Source: Candidatus Bipolaricaulis sp.
Lineage (GTDB): Bacteria > Bipolaricaulota > Bipolaricaulia > UBA7950 > UBA9294
Assembly (NCBI GenBank): GCA_028713635.1
Contig: JAQTNX010000002.1
Span: 1-63,286 of the forward strand
Direction: 5' to 3'
DNA: 63,286 nucleotides
The notes below the pieces were generated by a model. The model worked only from the letters and a program-made list of their open reading frames with translations. It was not told the origin of the DNA and searched no databases. The position numbers and the translations under genes are program-made. Below, piece after piece: positions 1 to 9,343 of the stretch; the stretch's first letter is position 1, and each line of letters begins with the position of its first letter.

Positions 1-213
1 CTCCGCGCCCTCGCCGCCGACAGGGGCATTCCCCTCGACGAGATCTGCTTCGTTGGGGATCACGTGAACGACCTGCCGGCGATGAGGATCGCCGGCCTCG
101 CGATCGCCGCGAACCCGAAGGACCCCGCGGTGGGCGAAGCAGCGTGGCGCACGATCCAAGACTTCGCCGAGCTGCCAGGTGCGCTCGAGGACTGGCGGCG
201 GCAGGCGCCGTAG
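1..213 (+). CDS. 3' end of a HAD-superfamily hydrolase (PSP/KdsC-like), truncated by the window edge
   Basis: Frame 1 reads LRALAADRGIPLDEICFVGDHVNDLPAMRIAGLAIAANPK..., which is HAD motif IV (GDxxND). TAG at 211-213. Not in the ORF track. Confidence 0.8.
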   Translation, partial: LRALAADRGIPLDEICFVGDHVNDLPAMRIAGLAIAANPKDPAVGEAAWRTIQDFAELPGALEDWRRQAP

Positions 214-230
214 GCGGAGCTCGCCCGGGT

Positions 231-854
231 CTAGGTGCCGAAGAGCCGGTCGCCGGCGTCGCCGAGGCCGGGGAGAATGTAGCCCTTCGCGTTCAGCTCG
301 CGATCCAGCGCCGCGCAGTAGATCGGCACGTCGGGGTGCTCCGCCGAGTACGCGCTCACGCCCTCCGGCGACGCGACCAGACACAGGAACTGAACGTCTT
401 TTCCCCCCTCGCGTTTGATGATCCGCGTGGCGGCGATGGCGCTCCCGCCGGTCGCAAGCATCGGATCGACCACGATGATCTGTGCGCGACGGAGGTCCGG
501 GGGCAGCTTGCAGTAGTACTCGACCGGCTGGAGCGTCTTGGGGTCTCGGTAGATGCCGACGTGGCCGACCTTCGCTGTGGGGATGAGATCGAGTACGCCT
601 CCGAGCATTCCCGTCCCCGCACGCAGGATGGGGACGAGGACCACGGGCACGCCGAGGACACGCCCGGTCATCGTCTCGAGCGGCGTTCGAACCGCGACCT
701 CGCGCAACGGATACCCACGGGTGATCTCGTAGACCATGAACGCCGTCAGCTCATCGAGCAGCCGTCGGAACGTCTCGTTATCGGTTGCCGCGTCGCGCAT
801 CCGCGTCAGTTTGCTCTGGATCAGGGGGTGGTCGATGATGTGAAGGTTCTGCAT
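231..854 (-). CDS. upp: Uracil phosphoribosyltransferase
   Basis: MQNLHIIDHPLIQSK..., VPILRAG, PRPP motif IIVVDPMLATGGS, C-terminal ILPGLGDAGDRLFGT. AGGAG RBS upstream of ATG 854. Confidence 0.97.
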   Translation of the reverse strand: MQNLHIIDHPLIQSKLTRMRDAATDNETFRRLLDELTAFMVYEITRGYPLREVAVRTPLETMTGRVLGVPVVLVPILRAGTGMLGGVLDLIPTAKVGHVGIYRDPKTLQPVEYYCKLPPDLRRAQIIVVDPMLATGGSAIAATRIIKREGGKDVQFLCLVASPEGVSAYSAEHPDVPIYCAALDRELNAKGYILPGLGDAGDRLFGT

Positions 855-1098
855 AGCTCTCCTGGCTTCCTGCGCTTCTGCGCTCACGATACTCGATCGG
901 CCGGGGCTGGACAAGCCTCACAGGGACCGGCACATCGGTTGTGCGCCCGTGGCGTGGCAAGGCGGGAAGGGCGCGTCCGCCTTCCTTTGTCGGGCTGTCG
1001 GCTTCATCGCTGCCAGATGCGAGGAGGCCTGGTTGTCAGACAAGACCTGTGTCCCTCGGCAGAGCGGCGCACAACGGCGACCACGAGAAGAGCCAGGT

Positions 1099-1114
1099 AC
1101 AAACGAGGGTTTGT
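1099..1114. promoter_or_regulatory. Palindrome ACAAAC-N4-GTTTGT, candidate operator between divergent upp and the pur operon
   Basis: Perfect 6-bp inverted repeat 22 nt upstream of the -35 at 1137. Confidence 0.35.
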
Positions 1115-1136
1115 GGAGCGGGTGCGAGAGCGCCCG

Positions 1137-1165
1137 TTGACACGCCGGCTCGGACGTCCTACAAA
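1137..1165 (+). promoter_or_regulatory. Sigma70-type promoter of the pur operon
   Basis: TTGACA (1137-1142), 17-nt spacer, TACAAA (1160-1165). Confidence 0.6.
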
Positions 1166-1171
1166 CTGAGG

Positions 1172-1290
1172 CGAGGGGTCGTCGAGTCCCACAGCGGACC
1201 GGCGGCGGAACGGGTGGGCGCATCAGCAGAACTCCAGAGCACGTTTGTCCCCCGTTTGCTTTTTTCGGCTGCCGAAGTCCGGGCGCGTGA
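1172..1290 (+). ncRNA. Candidate cis-regulatory leader (riboswitch or attenuator) of the pur operon
   Basis: 1205-1218 can pair with 1248-1259 and is followed by T6 (1260-1265). A 3' element TGCCGAAGTCCGGGCG (1270-1285) resembles the ZTP-riboswitch terminal hairpin. Confidence 0.35.
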
Positions 1291-1305
1291 CGGGAGGACC
1301 GAGTC

Positions 1306-2454
1306 GTGAACGAGCGGAGCGCGGACGCACAGAGACGGAAGCCTCAGGTCGAGCGGAGCGCAAGCACGAAGGGCGTCGACCAAGTGGGCGTGGATCGCTG
1401 CTCGGCGATCGCATACGCCCACGCGCAGAGCACGTTCGACGCTCTCCGTGGGCGGAGCGGGCTGAGAATCGAAGGCGACGAAGAGAGCTTCGCCAACGTC
1501 GTCCGAATCGGAGACGTGCGCGTCGCGGTGACGTCCGACGGGATCGGCACGAAGCTCGAGATTGCAGAACGCGTCGGGCGTTTCGACACCCTGGGATTGG
1601 ACCTTCTCGCCATGGTCCTCGATGACCTCGCCGCCATCGGCGCCGAGCCCGTCGCCGTGTCGAACATCATCGACGCGGATCGGCTCGACGAGGCGACGAT
1701 CGACGCGATGATGTCGGGCCTCGCGCGCGCCGCGCGGGAGTGCGGCGTCGCCGTGACCGGAGGGGAGATCGCCGCCCTCGGCAGACGCGTTGGAGGATGG
1801 GGCGACGGTCCCCACGTCAACTGGTGCGCGACGGCGATCGGGGTGATCCCCGGAGAGCGGCCGGCTCTCTGCGGCCACGATCTCGGCGTCGGAGACGAGA
1901 TCGTCGCCCTTCGGAGTGCGGGCCTGCGCAGCAACGGGTTCACGCTCGCAAGGAAGGTCCTCGAGCGAGCCTTCGGCGACGCGTGGCACACCGCGCTTCA
2001 CGAGGGAACCCCGTGGGGCGATCTCCTTCTCACTCCGTCGCTGATCTATGCGCCCTCCGTGATGAGCGCGCTCGCCGCGGGCGTTCCGATCCGAGGTGTG
2101 GCCCACATCACGGGAGGCGGGATCCCCGGAAACTTGCCCCGCGTGCTCCGCGCCACGGGACTCGGCGCGAGGCTTGATGCTCTCTGGCCTCCGCACGACT
2201 GGGTTCTCCGTCTCGTCGAGCTCGGCGGGCTGTCGGCGCGTGAAGCGTACGGCGAGTGGAACATGGGAAACGGGATGCTCGCCGTCGTCCCCGCCGGGCG
2301 TGGCGAGGAGCTCGTTCGTGCGCTCGCAGCCCACGGCAGGAATGCGCGGGTCGCGGGAAGGATCGTCCCTCTGGGAGGCATCACGATCGATGCCCACGCC
2401 TGGGATCTGGGGACGATTCGGTTCGCGGCGGACGACGAGGACGGCGATGCCTGA
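1306..2454 (+). CDS. purM: Phosphoribosylformylglycinamidine cyclo-ligase (AIR synthase)
   Basis: TSDGIGTK, DLLAMVLDDL, GGEIA, LRSAGLRSNGFTL, AHITGGG, WNMGNG motifs. GTG start with GGAGG RBS. Confidence 0.93.
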   Translation: MNERSADAQRRKPQVERSASTKGVDQVGVDRCSAIAYAHAQSTFDALRGRSGLRIEGDEESFANVVRIGDVRVAVTSDGIGTKLEIAERVGRFDTLGLDLLAMVLDDLAAIGAEPVAVSNIIDADRLDEATIDAMMSGLARAARECGVAVTGGEIAALGRRVGGWGDGPHVNWCATAIGVIPGERPALCGHDLGVGDEIVALRSAGLRSNGFTLARKVLERAFGDAWHTALHEGTPWGDLLLTPSLIYAPSVMSALAAGVPIRGVAHITGGGIPGNLPRVLRATGLGARLDALWPPHDWVLRLVELGGLSAREAYGEWNMGNGMLAVVPAGRGEELVRALAAHGRNARVAGRIVPLGGITIDAHAWDLGTIRFAADDEDGDA

Positions 2455-5446
2455 GACCTGGACGCACCTCTACGTGTCCTCTCGCCCCGACCGCGGCGCC
2501 GACCCGATCGGCGAGCGGGTGCGCCGCCAGGCCGCCGACTTCCTCTCGATCGACACCGGGCGAGTGGCGACATCGAAGGTCTACTCGGTGTCCCCGGCGC
2601 TCGACGCCGCAAGGATCGAGCGGGCGCAGGCCGCGCTTGGAAACCGGGTCTCGTGCGTCGTGGGCGTCGGATCCCCTGCGTGCAAGGGGTTTCGGTCGTT
2701 CATCTCGGTCGACAAGCGACCAGGCGTCACGGACGACGAAGGCCGGGCGCTCCTCACCGTCCTTTGCGACCTCTTCCCCAGCTCGCCGGAGATCGCCTCC
2801 GGTCGGGCGACGTCGCGCGACGTGTACTGGTTGGAGCAGACGCTCTCCCCTACGGATCTCGGGCGTATCGCCGAGGAACTCGTCGGGAACCCTCTCGTTC
2901 ACGTTCTCCGATCGGGACCAGCCGACGCCTACGAGGATCCGCGGCCCCGTGCGGCGGCGGCGACGCGATCGGTGATCGAGGAGATCGTGCTCCCACGCGA
3001 CGCCGCCGGCCTCCTTCGGCTCTCGGAGACGCGGCTTCTCTCGCTCGATCAAGTCGAGATGGAGGCCGTGCGCGACTACTACGACCGCGAGGCGGTGCGG
3101 GCGAGCCGCCGTCTGCGCGGTCTCCCTGGGGATCCGACGGACTGCGAGCTCGAGGCCATTGCCCAGACGTGGTCTGAGCACTGCAAGCATAAGGAGTTCA
3201 GCGCGCTCGTGAAGTTCGTCGACCGCGACCGCGGGACGACGGTGGAGATCGACTCTCTCTTTCGTACGTACATCGTGGCCGCGACGCGGGCCGTCCACGA
3301 AGTGCTCCGTGGGTGGGGACAGGACTGGCTGTTGAGCGTGTTCGACGACAATGCCGGCGTCGTTCGCATTGACGATGACCGCGTCTTCGTTTGGAAAGTG
3401 GAGACCCACAACAGCCCGTCGGCCATCGACCCCTACGGGGGCGCCATCACGGGAATCCTCGGCTGCAACCGAGATCCGCTCGGGACGGGACGAGGAGGCG
3501 GACGTCTCCTCTTCAACACCGACGTCCTCTGCTTTGCGCCGCCGACCTACGACCGTCCGCTCCTTCGCGGGCAGTTGGCGCCCCGGCGCGTCTTCGCCGG
3601 CGTGCGCGCGGGGATCGAGGACGGGGGAAACAAGTCGGGAATCCCGACGGTGAACGGGGCGCTCGTGTTCGACGACCGCTTCGCGGGGAAGCCGCTCGTC
3701 TTCTGCGGGTCCGGCTCGATCGCCCCGGCGCGGGTGGGGGACGATCCGTGGTGGGAGAAGCGGATCGACCCGGGCGACCGAATCGTGGTCATCGGGGGCC
3801 GCGTCGGCAAGGACGGAATCCACGGTGCGACCTTCTCGTCCGTTCACCTGGACGAGGAGTCGCCCCGCTCGGCCGTTCAGATTGGCAGTCCACTGACGCA
3901 GAAGCTCGCGAGCGACTTCCTCGAGGAGGCCGGCGCGCGAGGGTGGGTCAAGGCGGCCACCGACAACGGAGCCGGCGGGCTCTCGTCGTCCGTGGGCGAA
4001 CTCGCCCGCATCCCCGGCGGCGCGGAAGTCGACCTTGAGCGGGTGCCGCTCAAGTATGAGGGGATCCAGCCGTGGGAGATCTTCCTCTCCGAAGCGCAGG
4101 AGCGGATGACGCTCGCCGTCGACCCGGCCGTGGAGAGCGAGCTTCTTTCGTTGGCGAGGGACCGAGGCGTCGAAGCTGTCGACATCGGGCGGTTCACTGC
4201 GGACGGAGTGCTGTGGGTACGGCACGCGGGGCGCACGGCGGCGTGTCTTGACCTCGATTTCCTCCATCACGGCACGCCGCGGAAACGCCTCGAGGCGGAG
4301 TGGGCGGCTCCGGCGTCCGAAGTACCGGCGATCCCCGACGTCGATCTCGAAGCCGCGCTCCTCGGCGTCCTGGGGGGATGGAACGTCTGCTCCCGCGAAG
4401 GTGTCATCCGGCAGTACGACCACGAAGTGAAGGGGCGCACCGTGGTGAAGCCGCTCATGGGCCGCGGCCACGGCCCGCAGGACGCCGGTGTCCTGCGTCT
4501 GTCGTGGTCCGACTACCGTGGAATTGCCGTGTCGAATGGGATCGTTCCTCGGTACGGGGATCTCGATCCCTACGCGATGTGCGCGTGCGCGTTCGACGAG
4601 GCGGTGCGCGGGATCGTCGCGGTCGGCGGTCGACTGCCGGGACCGGACACTGCCGCACCGCAGTTCTGGTCGGTGAACGACAACTTCTGCCTCCCGAACG
4701 TGGCCCACGACGCGCGAACGAACCCGGAGGGCCGCCGCCGACTCGGTGCGCTGGTCCGAATGTGCCAGGCCCTCTACGACATGGCCGTAGCCTATGCCGT
4801 GCCGCTCACATCCGGCAAGGACAGCATGAAGAACGACTTCACCGTGGGGAAGGTGACGATCTCGGTCCCGCCGACCGTCCTCTTCTCGGCGGCGGCGGGG
4901 ATTCCCGATGTGCGAAGGACCGTCACGAGCGGATTCCAGGCCGCGGGGGACGTGATCTACGCGGTCGGCGAGACCCTCGACGAGTTGGGGGCCTCGGAGT
5001 TCTTCCGCTGGCTGGGACTGGCCGGCGGACGGGCGCCGCGGGTGAGAGCGGAGCGGGCCCGCGAGCGATACCGACGCGTCAACGATGCGATCTCCGCAGG
5101 CCTGGTGGCGTCGTGCCACGATCTTTCCGACGGGGGGCTTGCGGTGGCGCTCGTGGAGTCTGCGATCGGGGGCGGGCTGGGCTTCGACGTCGCACTCGAC
5201 GACCTCGGGCAATTCGACCAACCCTCGGTCCCGCTCTTCTCCGAGACGGCGTCGAGGTTCGTGGTGACGGTGCCCGAGGAAAGGCGGCGTGCGTTCGAAG
5301 TGATTCTGGGCGTGGACGCGCGGTCGATCGGGCGCGTCACGGGCGAGGCGCACGTTCGGATCTCGATGGGTGGCCGGCCCTGCATCGACGGTCCGCTGGC
5401 GAGGTTTGAGACGGCGTGGCGCGGCGGTCTTGGGGGGTACGGATGA
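2447..5446 (+). CDS. purL: FGAM synthase PurL with fused N-terminal PurS-like region (999 aa)
   Basis: WSEHCKHK, KVETHNSPS, DGIHGATFSS, DNGAGG, SEAQERM, SGKDS, HDLSDGG motifs. The N-terminus has DPIG and RPGVTDDEG PurS-like motifs. Start overlaps the purM stop. Confidence 0.95.
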   Translation: MPETWTHLYVSSRPDRGADPIGERVRRQAADFLSIDTGRVATSKVYSVSPALDAARIERAQAALGNRVSCVVGVGSPACKGFRSFISVDKRPGVTDDEGRALLTVLCDLFPSSPEIASGRATSRDVYWLEQTLSPTDLGRIAEELVGNPLVHVLRSGPADAYEDPRPRAAAATRSVIEEIVLPRDAAGLLRLSETRLLSLDQVEMEAVRDYYDREAVRASRRLRGLPGDPTDCELEAIAQTWSEHCKHKEFSALVKFVDRDRGTTVEIDSLFRTYIVAATRAVHEVLRGWGQDWLLSVFDDNAGVVRIDDDRVFVWKVETHNSPSAIDPYGGAITGILGCNRDPLGTGRGGGRLLFNTDVLCFAPPTYDRPLLRGQLAPRRVFAGVRAGIEDGGNKSGIPTVNGALVFDDRFAGKPLVFCGSGSIAPARVGDDPWWEKRIDPGDRIVVIGGRVGKDGIHGATFSSVHLDEESPRSAVQIGSPLTQKLASDFLEEAGARGWVKAATDNGAGGLSSSVGELARIPGGAEVDLERVPLKYEGIQPWEIFLSEAQERMTLAVDPAVESELLSLARDRGVEAVDIGRFTADGVLWVRHAGRTAACLDLDFLHHGTPRKRLEAEWAAPASEVPAIPDVDLEAALLGVLGGWNVCSREGVIRQYDHEVKGRTVVKPLMGRGHGPQDAGVLRLSWSDYRGIAVSNGIVPRYGDLDPYAMCACAFDEAVRGIVAVGGRLPGPDTAAPQFWSVNDNFCLPNVAHDARTNPEGRRRLGALVRMCQALYDMAVAYAVPLTSGKDSMKNDFTVGKVTISVPPTVLFSAAAGIPDVRRTVTSGFQAAGDVIYAVGETLDELGASEFFRWLGLAGGRAPRVRAERARERYRRVNDAISAGLVASCHDLSDGGLAVALVESAIGGGLGFDVALDDLGQFDQPSVPLFSETASRFVVTVPEERRRAFEVILGVDARSIGRVTGEAHVRISMGGRPCIDGPLARFETAWRGGLGGYG

Positions 5447-6264
5447 GGATCGTGCAGGCGCTGGTCATTGCAGGGTTCGGGATCAACTGCGAGGACGAGA
5501 CGGCGGCCGCGTACCGCCTCGCCGGCGCGACCGCTCACACGGCGCACCTGGAAAGCGTGTTGCGAGGCGACGTTCGGCTCGACGCCTTCGACATCGTGCA
5601 CCTTCCCGGAGGCTTCTCCTTCGGCGACGACCTGGGCGCCGGCAGGGTCCTTGCGAACCGAATCCGAACGCGGCTGCTTCCAGGGGGAGCGACGATGGGC
5701 GACGGACTGCGCGCCGTGGCTCGCCGAGGCGGGATGGTGATCGGAATCTGCAACGGATTCCAGGCGCTCGTCGAGCTGGGCCTCGTCCCGAACGTTGGCG
5801 GGGAGGGCGCCGCGGAGGCGGCGCTCATGCAGAACGTCTCCGGCAGGTACGAAAACCGATGGGTTCGGGTTCGCGCCGACGCAGAGTGCCCGGCGCGCGT
5901 GTGGGCCGGGCTGGAAGACTGGGAGCTCCCCGTTCGGCACGGCCAAGGCCGGCTCGTGTTCCGCGACCCAGGGCTGCGAGACGAGGTCGCGCGGCTTCAC
6001 CTGAACGGCCTCACGTACTGCGACGGGGACGGTCGGCCGACGCGCGCCTACCCGGCGAATCCGAACGGCGCGGAGCTCGCGTGTGCCGCCTTGTGCGACC
6101 CGAGCGGCCGGATCCTCGGCGTGATGCCGCACCCCGAAGCGTACCTCTCCCTCTTCAACCACTACGACTGGCCGCGCCTCCGGCGGGAGTGTCCGGAGCG
6201 AAGCGAGGAAGGGAAAGGTCTGATGCTGTTCCGGAACGTCGTGAAGGCGGTCCTGGCGGCCTAG
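5443..6264 (+). CDS. purQ: FGAM synthase glutaminase subunit
   Basis: GFGINC, LPGGFSFGDDLGAG, GICNGFQ (catalytic Cys), MPHPE. ATGA overlap with purL. Confidence 0.95.
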   Translation: MRIVQALVIAGFGINCEDETAAAYRLAGATAHTAHLESVLRGDVRLDAFDIVHLPGGFSFGDDLGAGRVLANRIRTRLLPGGATMGDGLRAVARRGGMVIGICNGFQALVELGLVPNVGGEGAAEAALMQNVSGRYENRWVRVRADAECPARVWAGLEDWELPVRHGQGRLVFRDPGLRDEVARLHLNGLTYCDGDGRPTRAYPANPNGAELACAALCDPSGRILGVMPHPEAYLSLFNHYDWPRLRRECPERSEEGKGLMLFRNVVKAVLAA

Positions 6265-6307
6265 GCCGACCTGCGTTGCAGGCCGGCGGGCGTTCAAGGA
6301 GGGGATC

Positions 6308-7921
6308 GTGGACTGGAAGATCCGACGGGCGTTGGTGAGCGTCTCGGACAAGACCGGCGTGGCGGACCTTGCGAGGGCGCTTCGTCGATGGAGCTGCGAC
6401 ATCATCTCAACCGGAGGCACCGGACAGGCGATGCGCGAGGCCGGGATCCCGGTGGTCGACATTGCGTCGGTGACGGGGAACCCCGAGGCGTTCGGGGGGC
6501 GGATGAAGACGATCTCGTTCGCCATCGAGTCGGCGATTCTCTTCGACCGCGAGCGCGACCGAGCCGAGGCCGAGCGTCTGGGGATCGGGCCCATCGACCT
6601 TGTCGTCTGCAACCTTTACCCGTTCCGGACGTACCGCGACGAGAAGGCGGAACTCGACCTTCTGATCGAACAGATCGACATCGGCGGCCCGACGATGATC
6701 CGGGCCGCGGCGAAGAACTATCGCTACGTCGCCGTCGTCTGCGATCCCGCGGACTACGGGGAGTTGATCGGGGAGCTGGAGACGCGCCAGGGGGCGCTGT
6801 CGCTCGAGACGCGGGCGCGGCTGATGCGGAAGGCGTTCAACCACACGGCGGACTACGACTCGATGATCGCTGAGGCGCTGGACGAGAGGTTCGGCGAGAC
6901 GTCGCTTCGATTGGCGTTCCACGGCGGGCGGACGCTGCGCTACGGGGAGAACGCGCACCAGGGCGCGGTCGTCCTGCGCGAACGGGGCGCCGCGGCGTCG
7001 CTCTACGACCTCGAGGTGCTTGGTGGGAAGGAGCTCTCCTACAACAACCTTGTGGACATCCACGCCGCGGCGGCTGCGGTACGGGACCTTGGAGCCGCCG
7101 CGTGCGCCGTGGTCAAGCACACGAACCCGTGCGGCCTCTGTCAGGCGCCCTCGGCGCGCGTCGCCCTCGAGACGGCGTGGCGATCCGACCCGGTGTCCGC
7201 GTTCGGTTCGGTGATTGCGTTCAACACGCGCGTCGACCGGACGGCGGTCGAGTTTCTCGCCCTGGATGCGGCGGACAAGTCGCAGCGGAAGTTCGTCGAG
7301 GTCGTTGTGGCTCCGGCGTTCGAGGAGGCTGCGGTCGAGTACCTACGGCAGAACGAGAACCTGCGGATCGTCCGTCTCGACGCGCAAGGACTGCGGCGTT
7401 CCCAGGAGGTCAAGCTCCTCGGCGGCGCGGCCCTCGTCCAGGACACGGACGGTGTCTTGCTTGAGAAACTCGAGGTCGTCTCGAAAGCGCGCCCGGACGG
7501 AGACCTCGGCGCGGGCGGCGCGCTTCGCCGGGTGATCGAGTTCGGGCTCGTGGCGGCGCGGCAGGTGAAGAGCAACGCGATCGTCATCGTGGCGGAGACC
7601 GGTGGGACGCTGCGCCTGCTCGGGATGGGGGCGGGCCAGCCGAATCGCGTGGTGTCGACCCGGCTTGCCGTGGAGCGGGCGCGCGCGACCCTCGCGGGCG
7701 AGGGCCTCGACGAGAAGGGGATCCGCGCCGCTCTTGGGCGTTCCGTGCTCGTCTCGGACGCGTTCTTCCCGTTCCCGGACAGCGTGGAGTGCGCGGCCGA
7801 CGCCGGCGTGCGCACGTTCGTCGAGCCGGGCGGATCGATCCGAGACCGCGAGGTCGTGGCGTGCGTCGACGCCCGCGGGATCTCGATGATCTTCACGGGA
7901 ATTCGGCACTTCCAGCACTAG
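6308..7921 (+). CDS. purH: Bifunctional AICAR transformylase / IMP cyclohydrolase
   Basis: RALVSVSDKTG, STGGT, IDIGGPTMIRAAAKN, LRYGENAHQ, KHTNPCG, SDAFFPF, GIRHFQH. Confidence 0.97.
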   Translation: MDWKIRRALVSVSDKTGVADLARALRRWSCDIISTGGTGQAMREAGIPVVDIASVTGNPEAFGGRMKTISFAIESAILFDRERDRAEAERLGIGPIDLVVCNLYPFRTYRDEKAELDLLIEQIDIGGPTMIRAAAKNYRYVAVVCDPADYGELIGELETRQGALSLETRARLMRKAFNHTADYDSMIAEALDERFGETSLRLAFHGGRTLRYGENAHQGAVVLRERGAAASLYDLEVLGGKELSYNNLVDIHAAAAAVRDLGAAACAVVKHTNPCGLCQAPSARVALETAWRSDPVSAFGSVIAFNTRVDRTAVEFLALDAADKSQRKFVEVVVAPAFEEAAVEYLRQNENLRIVRLDAQGLRRSQEVKLLGGAALVQDTDGVLLEKLEVVSKARPDGDLGAGGALRRVIEFGLVAARQVKSNAIVIVAETGGTLRLLGMGAGQPNRVVSTRLAVERARATLAGEGLDEKGIRAALGRSVLVSDAFFPFPDSVECAADAGVRTFVEPGGSIRDREVVACVDARGISMIFTGIRHFQH

Positions 7922-7930
7922 GAGGAGGGA

Positions 7931-9343
7931 ATGCAGACCGTTCGTCGGTTCTCGACGCCGCAGCTCGAGTGCGTCCATCGTGGCAAGGTGCGCGACAGCT
8001 TCCGCGTCGACGACGCCACGCGGCTGATCGTCGCCACGGACCGTCTCTCGGCGTTCGACCGCGTCCTCGACTGCTGCATCCCGGGAAAGGGCGCTGCACT
8101 GACGCGCCTCGCCTCGTTCTGGTTCGAGCGAACTCGCAATCGGGTTCCGAACCACTGGATCCGGACGGTCGGGGAGCGTGCGATGCTCGTTCGCGAAGCG
8201 CAGCCCCTCCTTGTGGAGATGGTCGTGCGCGCCTACCTGACTGGGTCGGCGTGGAGGGCGTACGCCGCGGGGGCGAGAAGCCTCTCCGGCGCCAAGCTCC
8301 CGGAAGGGCTTCTGAAGAACCAGCGCCTCGCGGCGCCGATCGTCACCCCGACGACGAAGGCGGCGAAGGACGAAGAGGTGACGCCGCAGGAGATCGTCGA
8401 GCGCGGGATCGCCTCGCGCGACGTCTATCGCCGCCTGGAGGAGGCAAGCCTCGCGTTGTTCGACGACGGGGCCCGTCACCTGCGCGAGAAGGGGGTGCTC
8501 CTTGTCGACACGAAGTACGAGTTTGGGCTGGTCGGCGACCAGGTCGTGCTGATCGACGAGATGCACACTCCGGACTCGTCCCGGTTCTGGCTTGCGGAGG
8601 AGTACGACCGCAACCCGGCGGGCGTCGAGGGCTGGGACAAGGAGATCGTCCGCACGTGGCTTCTCGCCGAAGAGGCGAAGGGGCGGCGCCCGACATCGCT
8701 GCCGGACGACGTGATCGCAGAGACGGCTCGCCGCTACCGCGAGATCTGCCGCCGCATCACGGGAGAGACGCCGGCGGCCGAGGGTGGTGAGCAGGATCTG
8801 GTTCGCGCCCTCGTCGACGCGGGTCTCCTGCGGGACGGCTTTGTGGCGATCGTGATGGGCTCGCCGGGAGACCGCGAGCATGCGGAGCGGATCGCCGCCG
8901 AGCTGCGGCCGTACGGAGTGGCGGTGCTCGTTCGGGTGGCGTCGGCGCATCGGACGCCCGACCGCGTCGCGGCGCTGGCGGCGGAACTAGAGGAGGCGGG
9001 AGAGCCCGGGGCCGTCATCGCCGTGGCCGGGCTGTCGAACGGTCTCGGCGGGGCGCTGGCGGCGAATCTGACGTTGCCGGTGATCAACTGCCCGCCGTTC
9101 AAGGACGTCGTCGACGCTCAGCTTCACATGAACTCGTCGCTCTTCATGCCGCCCCGTGTGCCCGCGGTGACGGTTCTCGGTCCGGAGAACGCGGCACAGG
9201 CCGCGCTCCGTGCCTTGGCGCTCCCGCGGATCCGAGAGGAGCTCCGCCGTGGAATCGAAGCGAACCGGCGGCGAATCGACGAGGCGGACCGGACGTGCCG
9301 CGCTGCGGGGCGCTCGGCGGGCGGCGAGGAGGCCGGATCGTGA
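7931..9343 (+). CDS. purC/purE: SAICAR synthetase-AIR carboxylase fusion (PurC-PurE class II, PAICS-like order)
   Basis: N-terminal GKVRD, TDRLSAFD, LVDTKYEFG, IDEMHTPDSSRFW. C-terminal IVMGSPGD, SAHRTP, AVAGLSNGLG, PVINCPP. Confidence 0.92.
   Translation: MQTVRRFSTPQLECVHRGKVRDSFRVDDATRLIVATDRLSAFDRVLDCCIPGKGAALTRLASFWFERTRNRVPNHWIRTVGERAMLVREAQPLLVEMVVRAYLTGSAWRAYAAGARSLSGAKLPEGLLKNQRLAAPIVTPTTKAAKDEEVTPQEIVERGIASRDVYRRLEEASLALFDDGARHLREKGVLLVDTKYEFGLVGDQVVLIDEMHTPDSSRFWLAEEYDRNPAGVEGWDKEIVRTWLLAEEAKGRRPTSLPDDVIAETARRYREICRRITGETPAAEGGEQDLVRALVDAGLLRDGFVAIVMGSPGDREHAERIAAELRPYGVAVLVRVASAHRTPDRVAALAAELEEAGEPGAVIAVAGLSNGLGGALAANLTLPVINCPPFKDVVDAQLHMNSSLFMPPRVPAVTVLGPENAAQAALRALALPRIREELRRGIEANRRRIDEADRTCRAAGRSAGGEEAGS

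Noticed and set aside
2381-5353. 990-aa antisense ORF and similar long shadow ORFs (e.g. 20557-23469, 13616-16024, 9124-11106, 29518-31167)
   Set aside because: They lie opposite well-supported genes, are Arg/Gly/Pro-rich without motifs, and are expected in high-GC DNA with few stop codons.
7931-9343. Missing purK as a pathway gap
   Set aside because: The PurE domain has class II motifs, and class II enzymes do not need PurK.
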